NCBI GenBank assembly: GCA_964530985.1
Contig: CAZHCH010000009.1
Coordinates: 1,865-65,864 of the forward strand
DNA from: an uncultured Pirellulaceae bacterium
Lineage (GTDB): Bacteria; Planctomycetota; Planctomycetia; Pirellulales; Pirellulaceae
DNA: 64,000 nucleotides
Direction of reading: 5' to 3'
Shown here: positions 38,017-49,205 of the stretch, piece after piece
Position numbering within the stretch: the first letter of the stretch is position 1
How the letters are laid out: each line of letters opens with the position of its first letter
The notes under the pieces: generated by a model
The model's database searches: none
Told to the model about the DNA's origin: nothing
What the model saw: only the letters and a program-made list of their open reading frames with translations
Position numbers and translations under genes: made by a program

Positions 38017-39150
38017 TTGACGGCTTTGAACAAAACCGCTGAACTTCTGCAAACACCTCTGCATCCATGGCACGTAAAAAATGGAGGCCGCATGGTGGAC
38101 TTTACAGGTTGGGAGATGCCGGTTCAATATTCCAGCATCATGGACGAACACCACCAGACGCGAAAAGCGATTGGAATGTTCGACGTTTCTCATATGGGCC
38201 GTATTTGGTTTTCTGGTGACCGTGAAGAAATCGGCCAATGGCTCGATGGTATAACAACGCGGCGAGTTGCTGGAGTCGCTCTTGGAAAAATACGTTACTC
38301 GTTGGTTTGCAATCAAGACGGCGGCATTTTGGACGACGTGCTGGTTTATTACTTGCCCGGTGCGAATGATGGCGAGCCATTTTGGATGATGTGTTGCAAC
38401 GCCAGCAATCGATCAAAAATCATCGCTTGGCTGGAACAGCACATCGGCGACCGTTCAATCAAACTGGATGATCGCACTGAATCAACCGCGATGATCGCCG
38501 TCCAAGGGCCGCTCGCCAATCAAGTTGTAGCGAAACTGGCGTCCATTGATCCGGATACACTTGGTTACTATACCGGTACTTCGTGTCAATTGGTTGGCGA
38601 CGTTATCTTGACTCGCACTGGCTACACGGGTGAGGACGGTTGTGAAATCACCTGTGATGCTTCGATTGCGGTTGAGGTATGGGAAAAGATCTTTGCTGCC
38701 GCGGCAGAAGTCGGTGGCGGAGCGTCTGGTTTGGCCAGCCGCGACACGCTGCGTCTGGAAGCAGGCATGCCGTTGTACGGTCACGAACTGGGCGAAGACT
38801 TCAACGCGGCACAGACTGATTTGCGGTTTGCGATGCAGCTAAAAGATCGACAGTTCAACGGCAAAGATGCGATTATGGCTGCGATGAAAGATTCATCGTT
38901 ACCCGTTCGAGTCGGTTTGCAGCTAGAAGGCCGTCGAGCCGCCCGTGAAGGCTGTACCGTTTTTGTTGGTGAGAAAAACGTTGGCACCGTGACTAGCGGG
39001 ACCTTCGCTCCAACACTGCAAAAGTCGATTTCAATGGCTTACTTGTTGCCAGAGGCAGCAGAGCAGGGCACTGAGGTGACGGTCGATATTCGTGGCAAAT
39101 CACACCCTGCGGTCGTTGTTGAAGTCCCGTTTTACAAACGTTCCACTTAA
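38017..39150 (+). CDS. gcvT: Glycine cleavage system aminomethyltransferase T
   Basis: TPLH, MVDFTGWEMPVQY, MFDVSHMG, RTGYTGEDG, RDTLRLEAGMPLYG, PFYKR. Confidence 0.96.
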   Translation: MTALNKTAELLQTPLHPWHVKNGGRMVDFTGWEMPVQYSSIMDEHHQTRKAIGMFDVSHMGRIWFSGDREEIGQWLDGITTRRVAGVALGKIRYSLVCNQDGGILDDVLVYYLPGANDGEPFWMMCCNASNRSKIIAWLEQHIGDRSIKLDDRTESTAMIAVQGPLANQVVAKLASIDPDTLGYYTGTSCQLVGDVILTRTGYTGEDGCEITCDASIAVEVWEKIFAAAAEVGGGASGLASRDTLRLEAGMPLYGHELGEDFNAAQTDLRFAMQLKDRQFNGKDAIMAAMKDSSLPVRVGLQLEGRRAAREGCTVFVGEKNVGTVTSGTFAPTLQKSISMAYLLPEAAEQGTEVTVDIRGKSHPAVVVEVPFYKRST

Positions 39151-39243
39151 ATTCATCAAATACACAACCGATCGTTGGCTCATTAATTTCAGTGAGCGAT
39201 CGAACAATACAATTTCACTTATAGTTCAAACGGAGTTAGTGCT

Positions 39244-39627
39244 TTGAATCCTGAAAACTTACTTTTTGCCGAATCGCACGAGTGGGCATCCATCGACGAC
39301 GGCGTTGCTACGATCGGCATTTCAGCCAACGCGGTCGAAGCCTTAACGGACTTGGTCTATATGGAGTTGCCTGCTGTTGGTGACGTAGTGGATGTTGGCC
39401 AAGCATTCGGCGAAGTCGAATCGGTAAAAGCAACCAGCGAAATGTATTCTCCAGTGTCAGGTGAAATCGTTGAAGTAAACTCTTCAATCGTTGATGGTCT
39501 GGAAGTTTTGAACACCGACCCGTACGAAGCCGGTTGGATTATCAAAGTCAAAATGAACGGTGACACCGGTGTCGATAAGCTGTTGTCGTTCGCTGACTAT
39601 CAAAAACAATGCGACGAAGCCAGCTAG
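39244..39627 (+). CDS. gcvH: Glycine cleavage system H protein
   Basis: SHEWA, lipoyl-Lys motif EVESVKA, SPVSG, NTDPYEAGW; RBS GGAG. Confidence 0.96.
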   Translation: MNPENLLFAESHEWASIDDGVATIGISANAVEALTDLVYMELPAVGDVVDVGQAFGEVESVKATSEMYSPVSGEIVEVNSSIVDGLEVLNTDPYEAGWIIKVKMNGDTGVDKLLSFADYQKQCDEAS

Positions 39628-39788
39628 TGGTCGCCAAAATCAAAGTAAATGGTTGGTAGCATCGCCTTCAGCCAGAAGTTCCAGCTAAAGCCGTTACTAC
39701 AAACTATTGCTCATTTGGTGTCCTTGGCAAAACAACGACAGCAACCGTTGCTTCGTTATCCCTATAAAAATCACAGTGTTCTAAAAAG

Positions 39789-42689
39789 ATGTCAGTACAA
39801 GCCATTGATTCCCACAAAGTTAATGTCCCCATGGATCTCAAAGAAGATTTCTCGCGACGTCACATTGGCCCAAGTACGGCTGACGTGGATGCAATGCTGT
39901 CGGTCGTCGACGCAAAGTCACTGGACGACCTGATTGCCACGACGGTTCCTGAGAGCATCTTGCTGAAGGACGGTCTTAACTTACCTGCAGCGGTAAGCGA
40001 GTACCAAGCGATCAATAGATTGCGTGAACTTGCAAATGCGAACCAAGTCAAGCGATCGATGATCGGTATGGGATACTACGGAACCCATGTTCCGAACGTG
40101 ATTTTGCGAAACGTGCTAGAAAATCCAGGCTGGTACACAGCTTATACTCCTTATCAGGCTGAAATTGCTCAGGGTCGATTAGAGAGTTTGTTGACATTTC
40201 AGCAGATGGTGATGGACTTGACCGGAATGGAGATTGCGAATGCCTCGTTGCTTGACGAAGCGACCGCCGCAGCTGAAGCGATGGCACTATGTAAGCGTGC
40301 GAGCCGACACAAGTCGGATCAGTTTTTTGTCGCTGACGATGTCCATCCTCATACGCTTGATGTGGTCAAAACGCGAGCCGATTACTTTGGGTTTGAGCTA
40401 ATTGTAGCTCCAGCGGAAACCGTCGGCCAGCATGACGTGTTTGGAGCATTGCTGCAGTACCCAGGAACGACGGGCCAAGTTCGAGATTTGACACCGATGA
40501 TTGACCAGGTCCACGCAGCCAAAGGGTTGGTCGCAGTCGCCAGTGACTTGTTAGCACTGACGGTTTTAAAGCCACCAGGTGAAATGGGCGCTGACATTGT
40601 GCTTGGGAGTGCTCAGCGTTTTGGAGTGCCGATGGGTTTCGGTGGCCCGCATGCTGCATTCTTCGCTACCCGGGACGCCTTCAAGCGCTCAATGCCGGGA
40701 CGAGTGATTGGCGTATCCAAAGACCGCAATGGAAAAACCGCTCTACGAATGGCGATGCAGACTCGCGAACAACACATTCGACGAGACAAAGCGACATCCA
40801 ACATTTGCACCGCACAGGCTTTACTGGCCAACATGGCAGTGTTCTATGCCGTGTATCACGGCCCTGACGGAATTCGAACAATCGCCGAACGGACGTCTGG
40901 GTTGGCTCGTTGGGCCGCCGACCAACTTGTAGGAGCCGGTTTCAAGTTGGTTCATGACGACTTCTTTGACACCGTTACCGTTGAAACGGAAGAAGCCCAA
41001 TCGATTGTAGATCGAGCGGCAGTTGAGTTCAATTTGAATTTACGCTTAGTAGGACCGACACAAGCTGGATTCAGTTTTGACGAAACAACAACCACCGATG
41101 ATGCGCGAGCCTTATTGAGTGCCTTCGGCGTGGCTGATGCTGAAACACTGACACCCAAGTTAACAGCCTTTGGCACCGACAATTTGGAATCGTTAAAACG
41201 TGAATCAGAGTTTTTCCAACATCCCATTTTCAATCGCTATCACAGTGAGACGGAGATGCTGCGATACCTGAAGCGTTTGGAAAACCGAGACTTCTCGCTT
41301 ACCCACGGCATGATCCCCTTAGGTTCGTGCACAATGAAACTGAACGCGACCGCTGAAATGATTCCGGTTACGTTTGATGGTTTTGCAAATATTCATCCAT
41401 TTGCTCCAGCCAACCAATGGCCAGGCTACCAGCAGATGGTGGATCAGTTGCGTGATTGGCTAATCGAAATCACTGGCTATGATGCGATGTCGATGCAACC
41501 GAACTCGGGAGCTCAAGGCGAATATGCGGGACTGTTGGCGATTCGGCGTTATCACGAGAGCTTAGGGCAAGGTGATCGCGACGTTTGCTTGATCCCGAGT
41601 TCTGCTCATGGAACCAATCCTGCGAGCGCAAGTATGATGGGGCTAAAGGTGGTTGTGGTTAAAACAGATACCGATGGCAATATCGACTTAGATGATTTGC
41701 GTGCAAAGGCCGAACAGCATAGCGATCGACTGTCGAGCTTGATGATTACTTATCCGAGTACCCATGGTGTATTTGAGGAAACCGTAACCGAAGCTTGCGA
41801 TGTTGTGCATCAGCACGGCGGACAAGTTTACATGGACGGTGCAAACATGAACGCTCTGGTGGGAATCGCCGCGCCAGGGAAAATTGGTTCGGACGTCTCA
41901 CATTTAAATCTACACAAAACGTTTTGCATTCCTCATGGTGGTGGTGGACCTGGGATGGGACCGATTGGCGTGAAGTCTCATTTGGCTCCGTTTTTGCCAA
42001 ACCATGTTGTGCAGCCGATTGATGGCTTGAGCGACGAAAACAATGGTGCAGTTTCAGCGGCACAATATGGCAGCGCCGCGATCCTTCCGATCTCTTGGGC
42101 CTACATTGCCATGATGGGGAATGCGGGAATGCGACAAGCCACACAGGTCGCAATCTTGGGGGCGAACTATATCGCAGCTCGATTGGAAGAGCATTTCCCA
42201 GTGCTCTACAAAGGGAACAATGGGCGAGTTGCTCACGAGTGCATTATTGATATTCGACCGATTAAAGAAGCTACCGGAATCACCGAAGTCGACATTGCCA
42301 AGCGATTGATGGACTATGGATTTCATGCACCAACGATGTCGTGGCCCGTTGGTGGGACAATGATGATCGAACCGACCGAAAGTGAGTCGCTCGAAGAACT
42401 GGATCGTTTTTGCGATGCAATGATTGGTATTCGTGAAGAAATTCGAGCGGTCGAGCGAGGTGAAATAACCACCGAAGAATGTGTCGTGCATCAAGCACCA
42501 CATACGATGGATGATTTGGTTCAAGCCGATTGGAACCGGGCCTATTCGCGCGAACAAGCGGTATTTCCAACTCCCGCGACTCGGGCGGCTAAGTTTTGGC
42601 CAGCGGTCAACAGAGTCGATGACGTTTATGGTGATCGTAACTTTGTTTGCTCTTGCCCACCGATGTCCGACTACGAGTCCGAAGAATGA
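39789..42689 (+). CDS. gcvP: Glycine dehydrogenase (decarboxylating), single-chain P protein
   Basis: [54 protein letters not shown]-Lys HLNLHKTF. Confidence 0.97.
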   Translation: MSVQAIDSHKVNVPMDLKEDFSRRHIGPSTADVDAMLSVVDAKSLDDLIATTVPESILLKDGLNLPAAVSEYQAINRLRELANANQVKRSMIGMGYYGTHVPNVILRNVLENPGWYTAYTPYQAEIAQGRLESLLTFQQMVMDLTGMEIANASLLDEATAAAEAMALCKRASRHKSDQFFVADDVHPHTLDVVKTRADYFGFELIVAPAETVGQHDVFGALLQYPGTTGQVRDLTPMIDQVHAAKGLVAVASDLLALTVLKPPGEMGADIVLGSAQRFGVPMGFGGPHAAFFATRDAFKRSMPGRVIGVSKDRNGKTALRMAMQTREQHIRRDKATSNICTAQALLANMAVFYAVYHGPDGIRTIAERTSGLARWAADQLVGAGFKLVHDDFFDTVTVETEEAQSIVDRAAVEFNLNLRLVGPTQAGFSFDETTTTDDARALLSAFGVADAETLTPKLTAFGTDNLESLKRESEFFQHPIFNRYHSETEMLRYLKRLENRDFSLTHGMIPLGSCTMKLNATAEMIPVTFDGFANIHPFAPANQWPGYQQMVDQLRDWLIEITGYDAMSMQPNSGAQGEYAGLLAIRRYHESLGQGDRDVCLIPSSAHGTNPASASMMGLKVVVVKTDTDGNIDLDDLRAKAEQHSDRLSSLMITYPSTHGVFEETVTEACDVVHQHGGQVYMDGANMNALVGIAAPGKIGSDVSHLNLHKTFCIPHGGGGPGMGPIGVKSHLAPFLPNHVVQPIDGLSDENNGAVSAAQYGSAAILPISWAYIAMMGNAGMRQATQVAILGANYIAARLEEHFPVLYKGNNGRVAHECIIDIRPIKEATGITEVDIAKRLMDYGFHAPTMSWPVGGTMMIEPTESESLEELDRFCDAMIGIREEIRAVERGEITTEECVVHQAPHTMDDLVQADWNRAYSREQAVFPTPATRAAKFWPAVNRVDDVYGDRNFVCSCPPMSDYESEE

Positions 42690-43468
42690 GTGCAATGCCT
42701 GCGCGAGTGATTTTTGACTCGCCCGGTGCTGGAGCTTGGAACATGGCGGTCGACCAATCTTTGTTGATGTCGGCTGAGCAGAATAGTGTAGTAACTCTTA
42801 GGCTTTATACTTGGGACCAGCCGACACTGTCACTAGGATATTTTCAAAAACACGTTGACCGCAAACTACATAAAGCCAGTACAGCATGCCCAATCGTACG
42901 ACGGCGAAGCGGTGGCGGCGCGATCTTACACGACCGAGAATTAACTTATAGCTTAGCAATCCCTAGCAGCCATCGTTGGTCCAAGGAGAATTCGAAGCTT
43001 TATGATATGGTCCACCAAGTTGTGATTCAATTGTTGGCTGAAGATGACATTGACTCACAGCTATTCAAGGACTCCACAGGGCAGAAGAGTAACTTAACCA
43101 GCTCGAAACAATCGGTGAACGTGAATCCGAATGCGTTTTTGTGTTTCCAACGACGCTCAGATGGCGACTTGGTTGCCGGCGGAGTTAAAGTGCTGGGAAG
43201 CGCCCAACGACGGTTAAAACACTCATTGTTACAACATGGAAGTTTGTTGTTGAGCCAATCAGAGTTCGCGCCAGAACTGCCGGGGCTGTTGGAAGTTAGC
43301 GGTAAACAGATCCAGCTCGATGAGTTTTGTCGTCGGATATCAAAAGCGTTGGGGGATGCGCTCGGATTCAAATTCTCACCAAGTGTCCTAGACAAAACTG
43401 AATTCGCTCTGGCCAAAGATTTGGAGGTGGCGACATTTGGGGCAGTTACTTGGACGCAAAAACGGTAA
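42686..43468 (+). CDS. Lipoate-protein ligase/octanoyltransferase (LplA/LipM family)
   Basis: [50 protein letters not shown]; ATGA overlap with gcvP. Confidence 0.9.
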   Translation: MSAMPARVIFDSPGAGAWNMAVDQSLLMSAEQNSVVTLRLYTWDQPTLSLGYFQKHVDRKLHKASTACPIVRRRSGGGAILHDRELTYSLAIPSSHRWSKENSKLYDMVHQVVIQLLAEDDIDSQLFKDSTGQKSNLTSSKQSVNVNPNAFLCFQRRSDGDLVAGGVKVLGSAQRRLKHSLLQHGSLLLSQSEFAPELPGLLEVSGKQIQLDEFCRRISKALGDALGFKFSPSVLDKTEFALAKDLEVATFGAVTWTQKR

Positions 43469-43598
43469 CAGCAACTAGCTTGCAAGAAAGTAAAACCGCG
43501 GTGATTGTGACTTATCCTAATATTCGCACCACATTCCTTCAGAAACAATCTTAATCGACAAACAAACCCTGTATTGCTGGGAAAGACTGCTCAGCTGA

Positions 43599-43641
43599 TG
43601 ACAATGCGTTGCGTTTTGACAACGCGTTGCGTTTTGACAAC
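43599..43641. repeat. 18-bp tandem repeat (about 2.4 copies) TGACAAYGCGTTGCGTTT
   Basis: tgacaatgcgttgcgttt / tgacaacgcgttgcgttt / tgacaac in an AT-rich intergenic region. Confidence 0.75.
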
Positions 43642-43998
43642 ACTATTTTCATACAAAGATTGCTAAGTTTCCGATCTCTATCATTAAAACATGATATGGT
43701 AGTGTAGACATAATGACTTGGCTGGAGCATCGATACGGGTGCCAGGCTGAACTCCTTTTATTGTGAGGAGCATTACAGCGAAGAATTAAGTTATCGAGAA
43801 AAATTGATGTATTCCGTGTGTTTGATTTTTGGTGCGCCGTTAAGCACCTAGAATAAAGCGGTATTTGTCTTTTTCATTACGATTTGACACAGAAAATCAC
43901 CAAGCCATAATCCAATGCGACAGTTGTCGCCGATGATAAGAGTACTGAATATTGATATAGTAGTCTAAATCATGACTACTAAAATAATAGGCCGTTAA

Positions 43999-44682
43999 AT
44001 GCAAGTAATTCTAAAAGTTATTGGTGGAAAAAACGATGGTCGGCAGATCAAGATCGCCGTTCCAAGGTTTATTATTGGGCGTGGTGAAACTGCTCATTTG
44101 CGTCCATCAAGTGACTTAGTGAGCCGCGAGCACTGTGAGATTGTGATTGGAGACGGCGTGGTCCACATCAGTGACTTAAAAAGTCGCAACGGAACCTATG
44201 TGAATGGGCTGAAGCTCGATGGGCGTCACAAAGTCAATTCAGGGGACACGTTGCGAGTTGGTCGGATGCAATTTGAAGTCATCGTCGATCACGCTCTCGC
44301 TGGTGCGAAGAAGCCCAAGGTAAAAGGCGTTGTCGAGGCGGCAACTCGAACCGCCAAAACTAAGAAAAAAATGTCGCTTGAAGAGAGTATTTCCGATTGG
44401 CTAATGGATGATGACTACGATCCCGATACTGGCGAGCGCGATCAAATCGCTTCCGCTGAGACATTGCAGTTAGATATCGGTGATACGTCGGTGTTTGGCA
44501 AAGACAAAGCATGGCGTGATGAACAACGACGCAAAGAGTCTGAGGAGAACGAAGCCAAAGAATCGGATAGTTCAAAAGGCAAGTCGAAGTTCAAGAAACT
44601 GCCTAAAGTGGAGGATGCTGTTCACGATAGTTCAACTTCTGCTGCAGACGACGTGCTAAAAAGATTCTTTAAGCGGCGATAG
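43999..44682 (+). CDS. FHA-domain protein with charged disordered C-terminus
   Basis: Canonical FHA residues IGR, VSREH, DLKSRNGTYVNG. Confidence 0.9.
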   Translation: MQVILKVIGGKNDGRQIKIAVPRFIIGRGETAHLRPSSDLVSREHCEIVIGDGVVHISDLKSRNGTYVNGLKLDGRHKVNSGDTLRVGRMQFEVIVDHALAGAKKPKVKGVVEAATRTAKTKKKMSLEESISDWLMDDDYDPDTGERDQIASAETLQLDIGDTSVFGKDKAWRDEQRRKESEENEAKESDSSKGKSKFKKLPKVEDAVHDSSTSAADDVLKRFFKRR

Positions 44683-44809
44683 TTAGTCGTTGGTGTTACC
44701 TACAGGAAATTAGCTGTGCAGTTGGTATAATTGTGCCGATAGTTGAAGCTGAACTGCGAAATAACAAGCAATTGTTACGACAGTGTTTTTTACGGAATTT
44801 TTTTCCAGC

Positions 44810-44838
44810 TGAAACTTTGACTTGTCGATCTGGGTATA
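44810..44838 (+). promoter_or_regulatory. Candidate ECF-type promoter upstream of the ECF sigma gene
   Basis: TGAAAC-N17-GGTATA, resembling AAC/-GTA ECF promoters, about 40 nt before the start codon. Confidence 0.35.
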
Positions 44839-44876
44839 GCCCTCGACTAGCTGCCTGCTGAATTAAGGAACTCCCA

Positions 44877-45431
44877 TTGGCTGAAGAATTATCCATTATT
44901 GTTGGTCGCTGTTTAGACGGACATGAACCCGCTTTCAGCGATTTGATTCAGCGTTTTCGTGGCCGAGTCTATGGACTGTGCTTCCGTATGCTCAGGCAAC
45001 GCGAAGACGCCGAAGATGCGACGCAAGAAACATTTTTGCGAGTCGCGAGAAATCTTCACCGCTGGGATCCAACACGGGCCTTTGAACCGTGGCTGTTGAC
45101 CATCGCTGGCAATCGATGCCGGACTCGATTGGCAAAACGCACTCGGCGGCCAACAGAGATCTCGTTGGAGCATCCAGTTGAAGACGGCTCCGTACAGACA
45201 AGGCAGGCCCAGTTGCTGGCTGAAGAACTTGAGTTAGCGCTGCAAGGAATTAGAACTGACTACCGGCGCGCGTTCGAATTATTTCATACATCGCAGCTTG
45301 AGTATCAACAGATCGCGGAACAGCTTGATGTCCCGTTAGGAACCGTCAAGACTTGGGTTCATCGAGCCCGCCAGGAGATTCTTCAGAAACTCGCCAAGCG
45401 AGAGGTCGTTTCGACAACTGGTAGATCGTAG
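44877..45431 (+). CDS. ECF RNA polymerase sigma factor
   Basis: AFSDLI, DAEDATQETFL, FEPWLLTIAGN, YQQIAEQLDVPLGTVKTWVHRAR. Confidence 0.93.
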   Translation: MAEELSIIVGRCLDGHEPAFSDLIQRFRGRVYGLCFRMLRQREDAEDATQETFLRVARNLHRWDPTRAFEPWLLTIAGNRCRTRLAKRTRRPTEISLEHPVEDGSVQTRQAQLLAEELELALQGIRTDYRRAFELFHTSQLEYQQIAEQLDVPLGTVKTWVHRARQEILQKLAKREVVSTTGRS

Positions 45432-45493
45432 CTAGCAGCTGATTGTTTTCAATTGTATCCGTTCCAGTTCAATGTAATAAAAAAACCACAAGC

Positions 45494-46372
45494 ATGCCTG
45501 CCTTCAATAAAAACTTGAATTTTGATTTTCTCCTCGATGCTGATCCAGTGGACGATCAGCATCATTGCGACACCGATGAGTCGGTTAGTTGCAAAGGGTT
45601 CGAGTTACGAATCAATAACTTGTTAGACAAACGGGCTAGATTGTCTAGCGATCATTCGTTGCAGGAGCACGCAGAGGATTGTTCGAACTGCTGGCAAGTT
45701 TTGCAGCAGTACCAACAGCTTGAGCTATTGTTGGGTGGGGAGCGGCAGGTACCAAATGATGCTGACAAGGTGTGCCTTCGCGATGATCTAACTGAAGTCA
45801 CTAGAACCGTTGACTCGTTGCTTCGAGTGAATCGAAAGAGAGCGTTTGGTTGGGGAAATTTGTCATTGAGGGTTATGGCGATGTTGGCCGGTCTCTTGTT
45901 TATTGGGCTGTATTTCAACGATGCCACAGATGTCGAATCTGTTCCCGATGTTGCAACCACAAAGACCTCACAAGTTCTTTCAGCGGGCCATTTAATGGCT
46001 TCACTGGTGGGCAACAATCCGAACGAAAACTTGCCTTGGGCATCGAATTTTTCCGTACAACAGCTAAGAGAACTAATTGATTCTGGAAGTGAGTTGCTGG
46101 CAGCAAGCGAGGAACAAGTTTCAGTCATCCGAGGCTTGTCGGACGTTAAATTTGATTTGAGAGATATAGAGTCTCACCTTGAATCGCAGCTCGAATCACT
46201 GCAGCCGGTACTGTCCTACTCAGGGCGAATTCCCGCATTCAGTCCGATGCAAGGCACCGTTTGTTTTACACTCGGCTGGTTAAAAAAAGGCAAAACAAAC
46301 TTACAACCAACCTCGAGTGATTCAATGAGTGAAGTTGGTATGAACCGTTTGGTTTTGAAAAACCTAGTTTAG
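45494..46372 (+). CDS. Putative ZAS (zinc-binding) transmembrane anti-sigma factor
   Basis: C..FELRINNLLD...HAEDCSNC (HxxxCxxC) followed by one TM; directly after the ECF gene (ORF opens at 45443). Confidence 0.75.
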   Translation: MPAFNKNLNFDFLLDADPVDDQHHCDTDESVSCKGFELRINNLLDKRARLSSDHSLQEHAEDCSNCWQVLQQYQQLELLLGGERQVPNDADKVCLRDDLTEVTRTVDSLLRVNRKRAFGWGNLSLRVMAMLAGLLFIGLYFNDATDVESVPDVATTKTSQVLSAGHLMASLVGNNPNENLPWASNFSVQQLRELIDSGSELLAASEEQVSVIRGLSDVKFDLRDIESHLESQLESLQPVLSYSGRIPAFSPMQGTVCFTLGWLKKGKTNLQPTSSDSMSEVGMNRLVLKNLV

Positions 46373-46566
46373 ATCGTTCATGGTTGCCTCGTATAACTGC
46401 TTCCGATGTTGCTAGCATTGCTTGAGCCGCCAAGTTAGATGCGATTCTGCTGGCTGGACTTGTGATATAATTTCAATTTCGCTAACGTCCGCAGGTATTC
46501 CGGACAAAATCAACTTTGTTTCGGAAATTTGTTAAAGCGCCTAACGATTGAAACTTGGGATACGTC

Positions 46567-47313
46567 ATGGATCGACGTCAACTCACTGCCTCCATTTGTT
46601 TGATTGTCGTCGGCTGCGCGATCATCTGCCAGAGCGGATGTAAATTACAGGCTGATCGACTAAATTCAATTGGTCGTCAAGCATTTGAACAAGGCCAGTA
46701 TGCCGTTGCAATTAACGAGTTTCAACAGGCTTTGAAAACGAATCCGAACAGCGCTGATGCTTACTACAACTTGGCAGCTAGTTATGGAGCCCTCGGCAAA
46801 CAAACCAAAAACAAGCAATGGATTACTCAAGCGGAGCAATTGTACCGGCAATCGATTACGCTCAACGACCAGCACGTGGACGCGCATCGCGGGTTGGCTG
46901 GATTACTGATTGAATCGGGGCAAGAACAATACGCGTTTGATCTTATCAATCAATGGAAGCAACGCTATCCAAGCAGTAACGCTCCCTTGGTCGAACTTGC
47001 TAGGCTGTATCAGGAGTATGGCGATACCCGTCGGGCAACCGATTTACTGGCTGACTCTTTGCGTATAAATCCTAGTGATGTTCGGTCGTTGATCGCGATG
47101 GGGCACATCCGTGAGACAACTGGCCAAACACACCTAGCAATTGATAACTATCTCAGAGCCCTGCAAGTTGATGGAAACCAACAAGGTTTGGTACAGCGCG
47201 TGGCTTCATTACAAAGTCGCGTCGCAGCTTTGCCCGTTCCAGCTGGTTTACAACAAACGCCTAACCCAAGGCAACCAGTGCGATACGGTGCAGTCGAGCC
47301 TTTTCGGCGTTGA
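46567..47313 (+). CDS. TPR-repeat lipoprotein
   Basis: Lipobox CQSGC; repeats FQQALKTNPNSADAYYNLA, SLRINPSDVRS, YLRALQVD. Confidence 0.85.
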   Translation: MDRRQLTASICLIVVGCAIICQSGCKLQADRLNSIGRQAFEQGQYAVAINEFQQALKTNPNSADAYYNLAASYGALGKQTKNKQWITQAEQLYRQSITLNDQHVDAHRGLAGLLIESGQEQYAFDLINQWKQRYPSSNAPLVELARLYQEYGDTRRATDLLADSLRINPSDVRSLIAMGHIRETTGQTHLAIDNYLRALQVDGNQQGLVQRVASLQSRVAALPVPAGLQQTPNPRQPVRYGAVEPFRR

Positions 47314-47509
47314 TCCGACCCTTTCTCGCAATGGTCGGACTCGATAGGTGACATATCTTTCGATATTCTTCGACGACAGGTTGAAGAATGTTCTAAACCG
47401 CGTCCGCATGACCGGATTCTTTTGCTTAACCCGATCTCTAGACACCTATCGGTAAGGATTTGGTTTTACCGAGTTCAAACGGTGATCGCCTAGGTTTACT
47501 TTGATTAGA

Positions 47510-49030
47510 ATGAAGGTTCGTTTGCGAACTGTCCTTCGTTTTTTGAGCTCCGCACCGTTAATGAATTTTGTCGTCGGTTTCGTCATTCTATTCTGTCTCT
47601 TCTGCAACGAATACTCAGTTGTAGGAGGATCGGACCATTTGCGAGCCCGTGTCGCTGGCATTGCGGCGCTGACTTTCTTGGTGCCATCACTGGCGCTGTT
47701 GCAAACGTTTTGGGTCAACCGAAGCCGGAAACTGCAAGAAGTAGATGCTGAGCACTGGGAACGAATTTGCCGCCGAATCAACTCGTGCCATACCGCGGTT
47801 TGGCTAGCTGCATCGATCGCGACGATCTATGCCTTTCGTTGGCATGATGTTGTCCGCGATGAGTGGAGTTTGGATCGGTTTGTACTGGTAGATGAAATTG
47901 TAATTTTGACACCAGTGTTGCTGTCGTTGCTGGCTTCTTGGGCTGTGTTTTTCGACTTGAAGCCTAAGGAACATCCTCAGAGCCAACCAGGAAGGCTACC
48001 GACTGAAGCTCGTGCCGACGTAGAAACGGTCGCAATTTTTCAGAAAAAAGAAAGTTGGCAAGCTTGGCTGTTTTCAGAAGAACGACGAGAGTTTGTTTCG
48101 ATACGATTTCGATTGTACGTATTAGTTTTAATGGTGCCATTGTTGTTAGCAGTCGCGATCAACGATCTAATCCCCAACATTTTTCAGTTTGGCCCTGGTG
48201 GCGCGGCAATATTGATTTTTGTTGGCGGACTGACTGTACTTGCGATGCTTCCAACACTGGCGGGTCTACCGTGGAAACTGACTACTCCCAACAAAGATGT
48301 GACGAAATTAGTTCGCGAAGAACTAGACCAATTAAAGTTGTCAAACCTACGAGTACGATCGTGGGACACTGGAAATCAAATCGTCAATGCGGCTGCAGTG
48401 GGAATGCTTCCTTGGTTTCGACAGTTGTGGATTAGCGACCGTTTGATTAGTTTGTTTCCCGATCCGGAACTGAAAGCGATCGTCCGTCATGAGGTGGCTC
48501 ATCTACAACTCGGACACGCCGCAATTCGAAGTGGGTTGTTACTATTGCCGGCGACGGTTGTGAGTATTGTGGGGTGGCTACGCTGGGGCGATCCAACTGC
48601 CGTTGGCGCGATTGCGAATTGCGTCGGCGCGTCGGTATTCGAAGTCACGCTGGTATTGTCAATATTGTATTTCGCCTACGCCATGGTGACTCTGCGGACC
48701 AGTTCACACGCGTCGGAGTACGAGGCAGATTTGGTTGCTTGTTGCAAACTGGTCGATGAACAGGGAAAAACAAGTATTCGAGTTTGCCAGCAACGGTGGG
48801 ACGAGATGCAGAGTGCAATTGAACGATTGGCAGCTTGCATGCCGTCCCAGGTGGATAAGAAGTCGATACTACATCCGAGCTTGCGAGAGCGTATGAAGGC
48901 CTTGCGGCAGCTAAGATTTCGAGCCAGAACTCGTACTCCAAAGCAATTAATCGCAAGCAATCGTCGATGGCTACTCGGAACCGCAACCGGGCTTGCGAGC
49001 ATGATCGCGTGTGCAATATGGGCTCTGTAA
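47510..49030 (+). CDS. M48 (HtpX/Ste24-like) membrane zinc metalloprotease
   Basis: NAAAVG, ELKAIVRHEVAH, EYEAD, HPSLRERM; multiple TMs; start uncertain (47501-47561). Confidence 0.85.
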   Translation: MKVRLRTVLRFLSSAPLMNFVVGFVILFCLFCNEYSVVGGSDHLRARVAGIAALTFLVPSLALLQTFWVNRSRKLQEVDAEHWERICRRINSCHTAVWLAASIATIYAFRWHDVVRDEWSLDRFVLVDEIVILTPVLLSLLASWAVFFDLKPKEHPQSQPGRLPTEARADVETVAIFQKKESWQAWLFSEERREFVSIRFRLYVLVLMVPLLLAVAINDLIPNIFQFGPGGAAILIFVGGLTVLAMLPTLAGLPWKLTTPNKDVTKLVREELDQLKLSNLRVRSWDTGNQIVNAAAVGMLPWFRQLWISDRLISLFPDPELKAIVRHEVAHLQLGHAAIRSGLLLLPATVVSIVGWLRWGDPTAVGAIANCVGASVFEVTLVLSILYFAYAMVTLRTSSHASEYEADLVACCKLVDEQGKTSIRVCQQRWDEMQSAIERLAACMPSQVDKKSILHPSLRERMKALRQLRFRARTRTPKQLIASNRRWLLGTATGLASMIACAIWAL

Positions 49031-49205
49031 GTTAGCTAATTGCCGGATAACCGTTACAAATTAGGGATCTTTTGGCAACAATTTGGTAATTTGTTGCGTT
49101 TAAGCATCATTTGCGACGTAGGGTAGGTTATCGCAACTAACAGTATGCGGGCAAACCTCTTTTATCAACACATATTCAACGTATATCGCGAACTGGCTCC
49201 CCGTC

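Noticed and set aside
43599-43641. CRISPR array
   Set aside because: Adjacent 18-bp tandem copies with no spacers and no cas genes.
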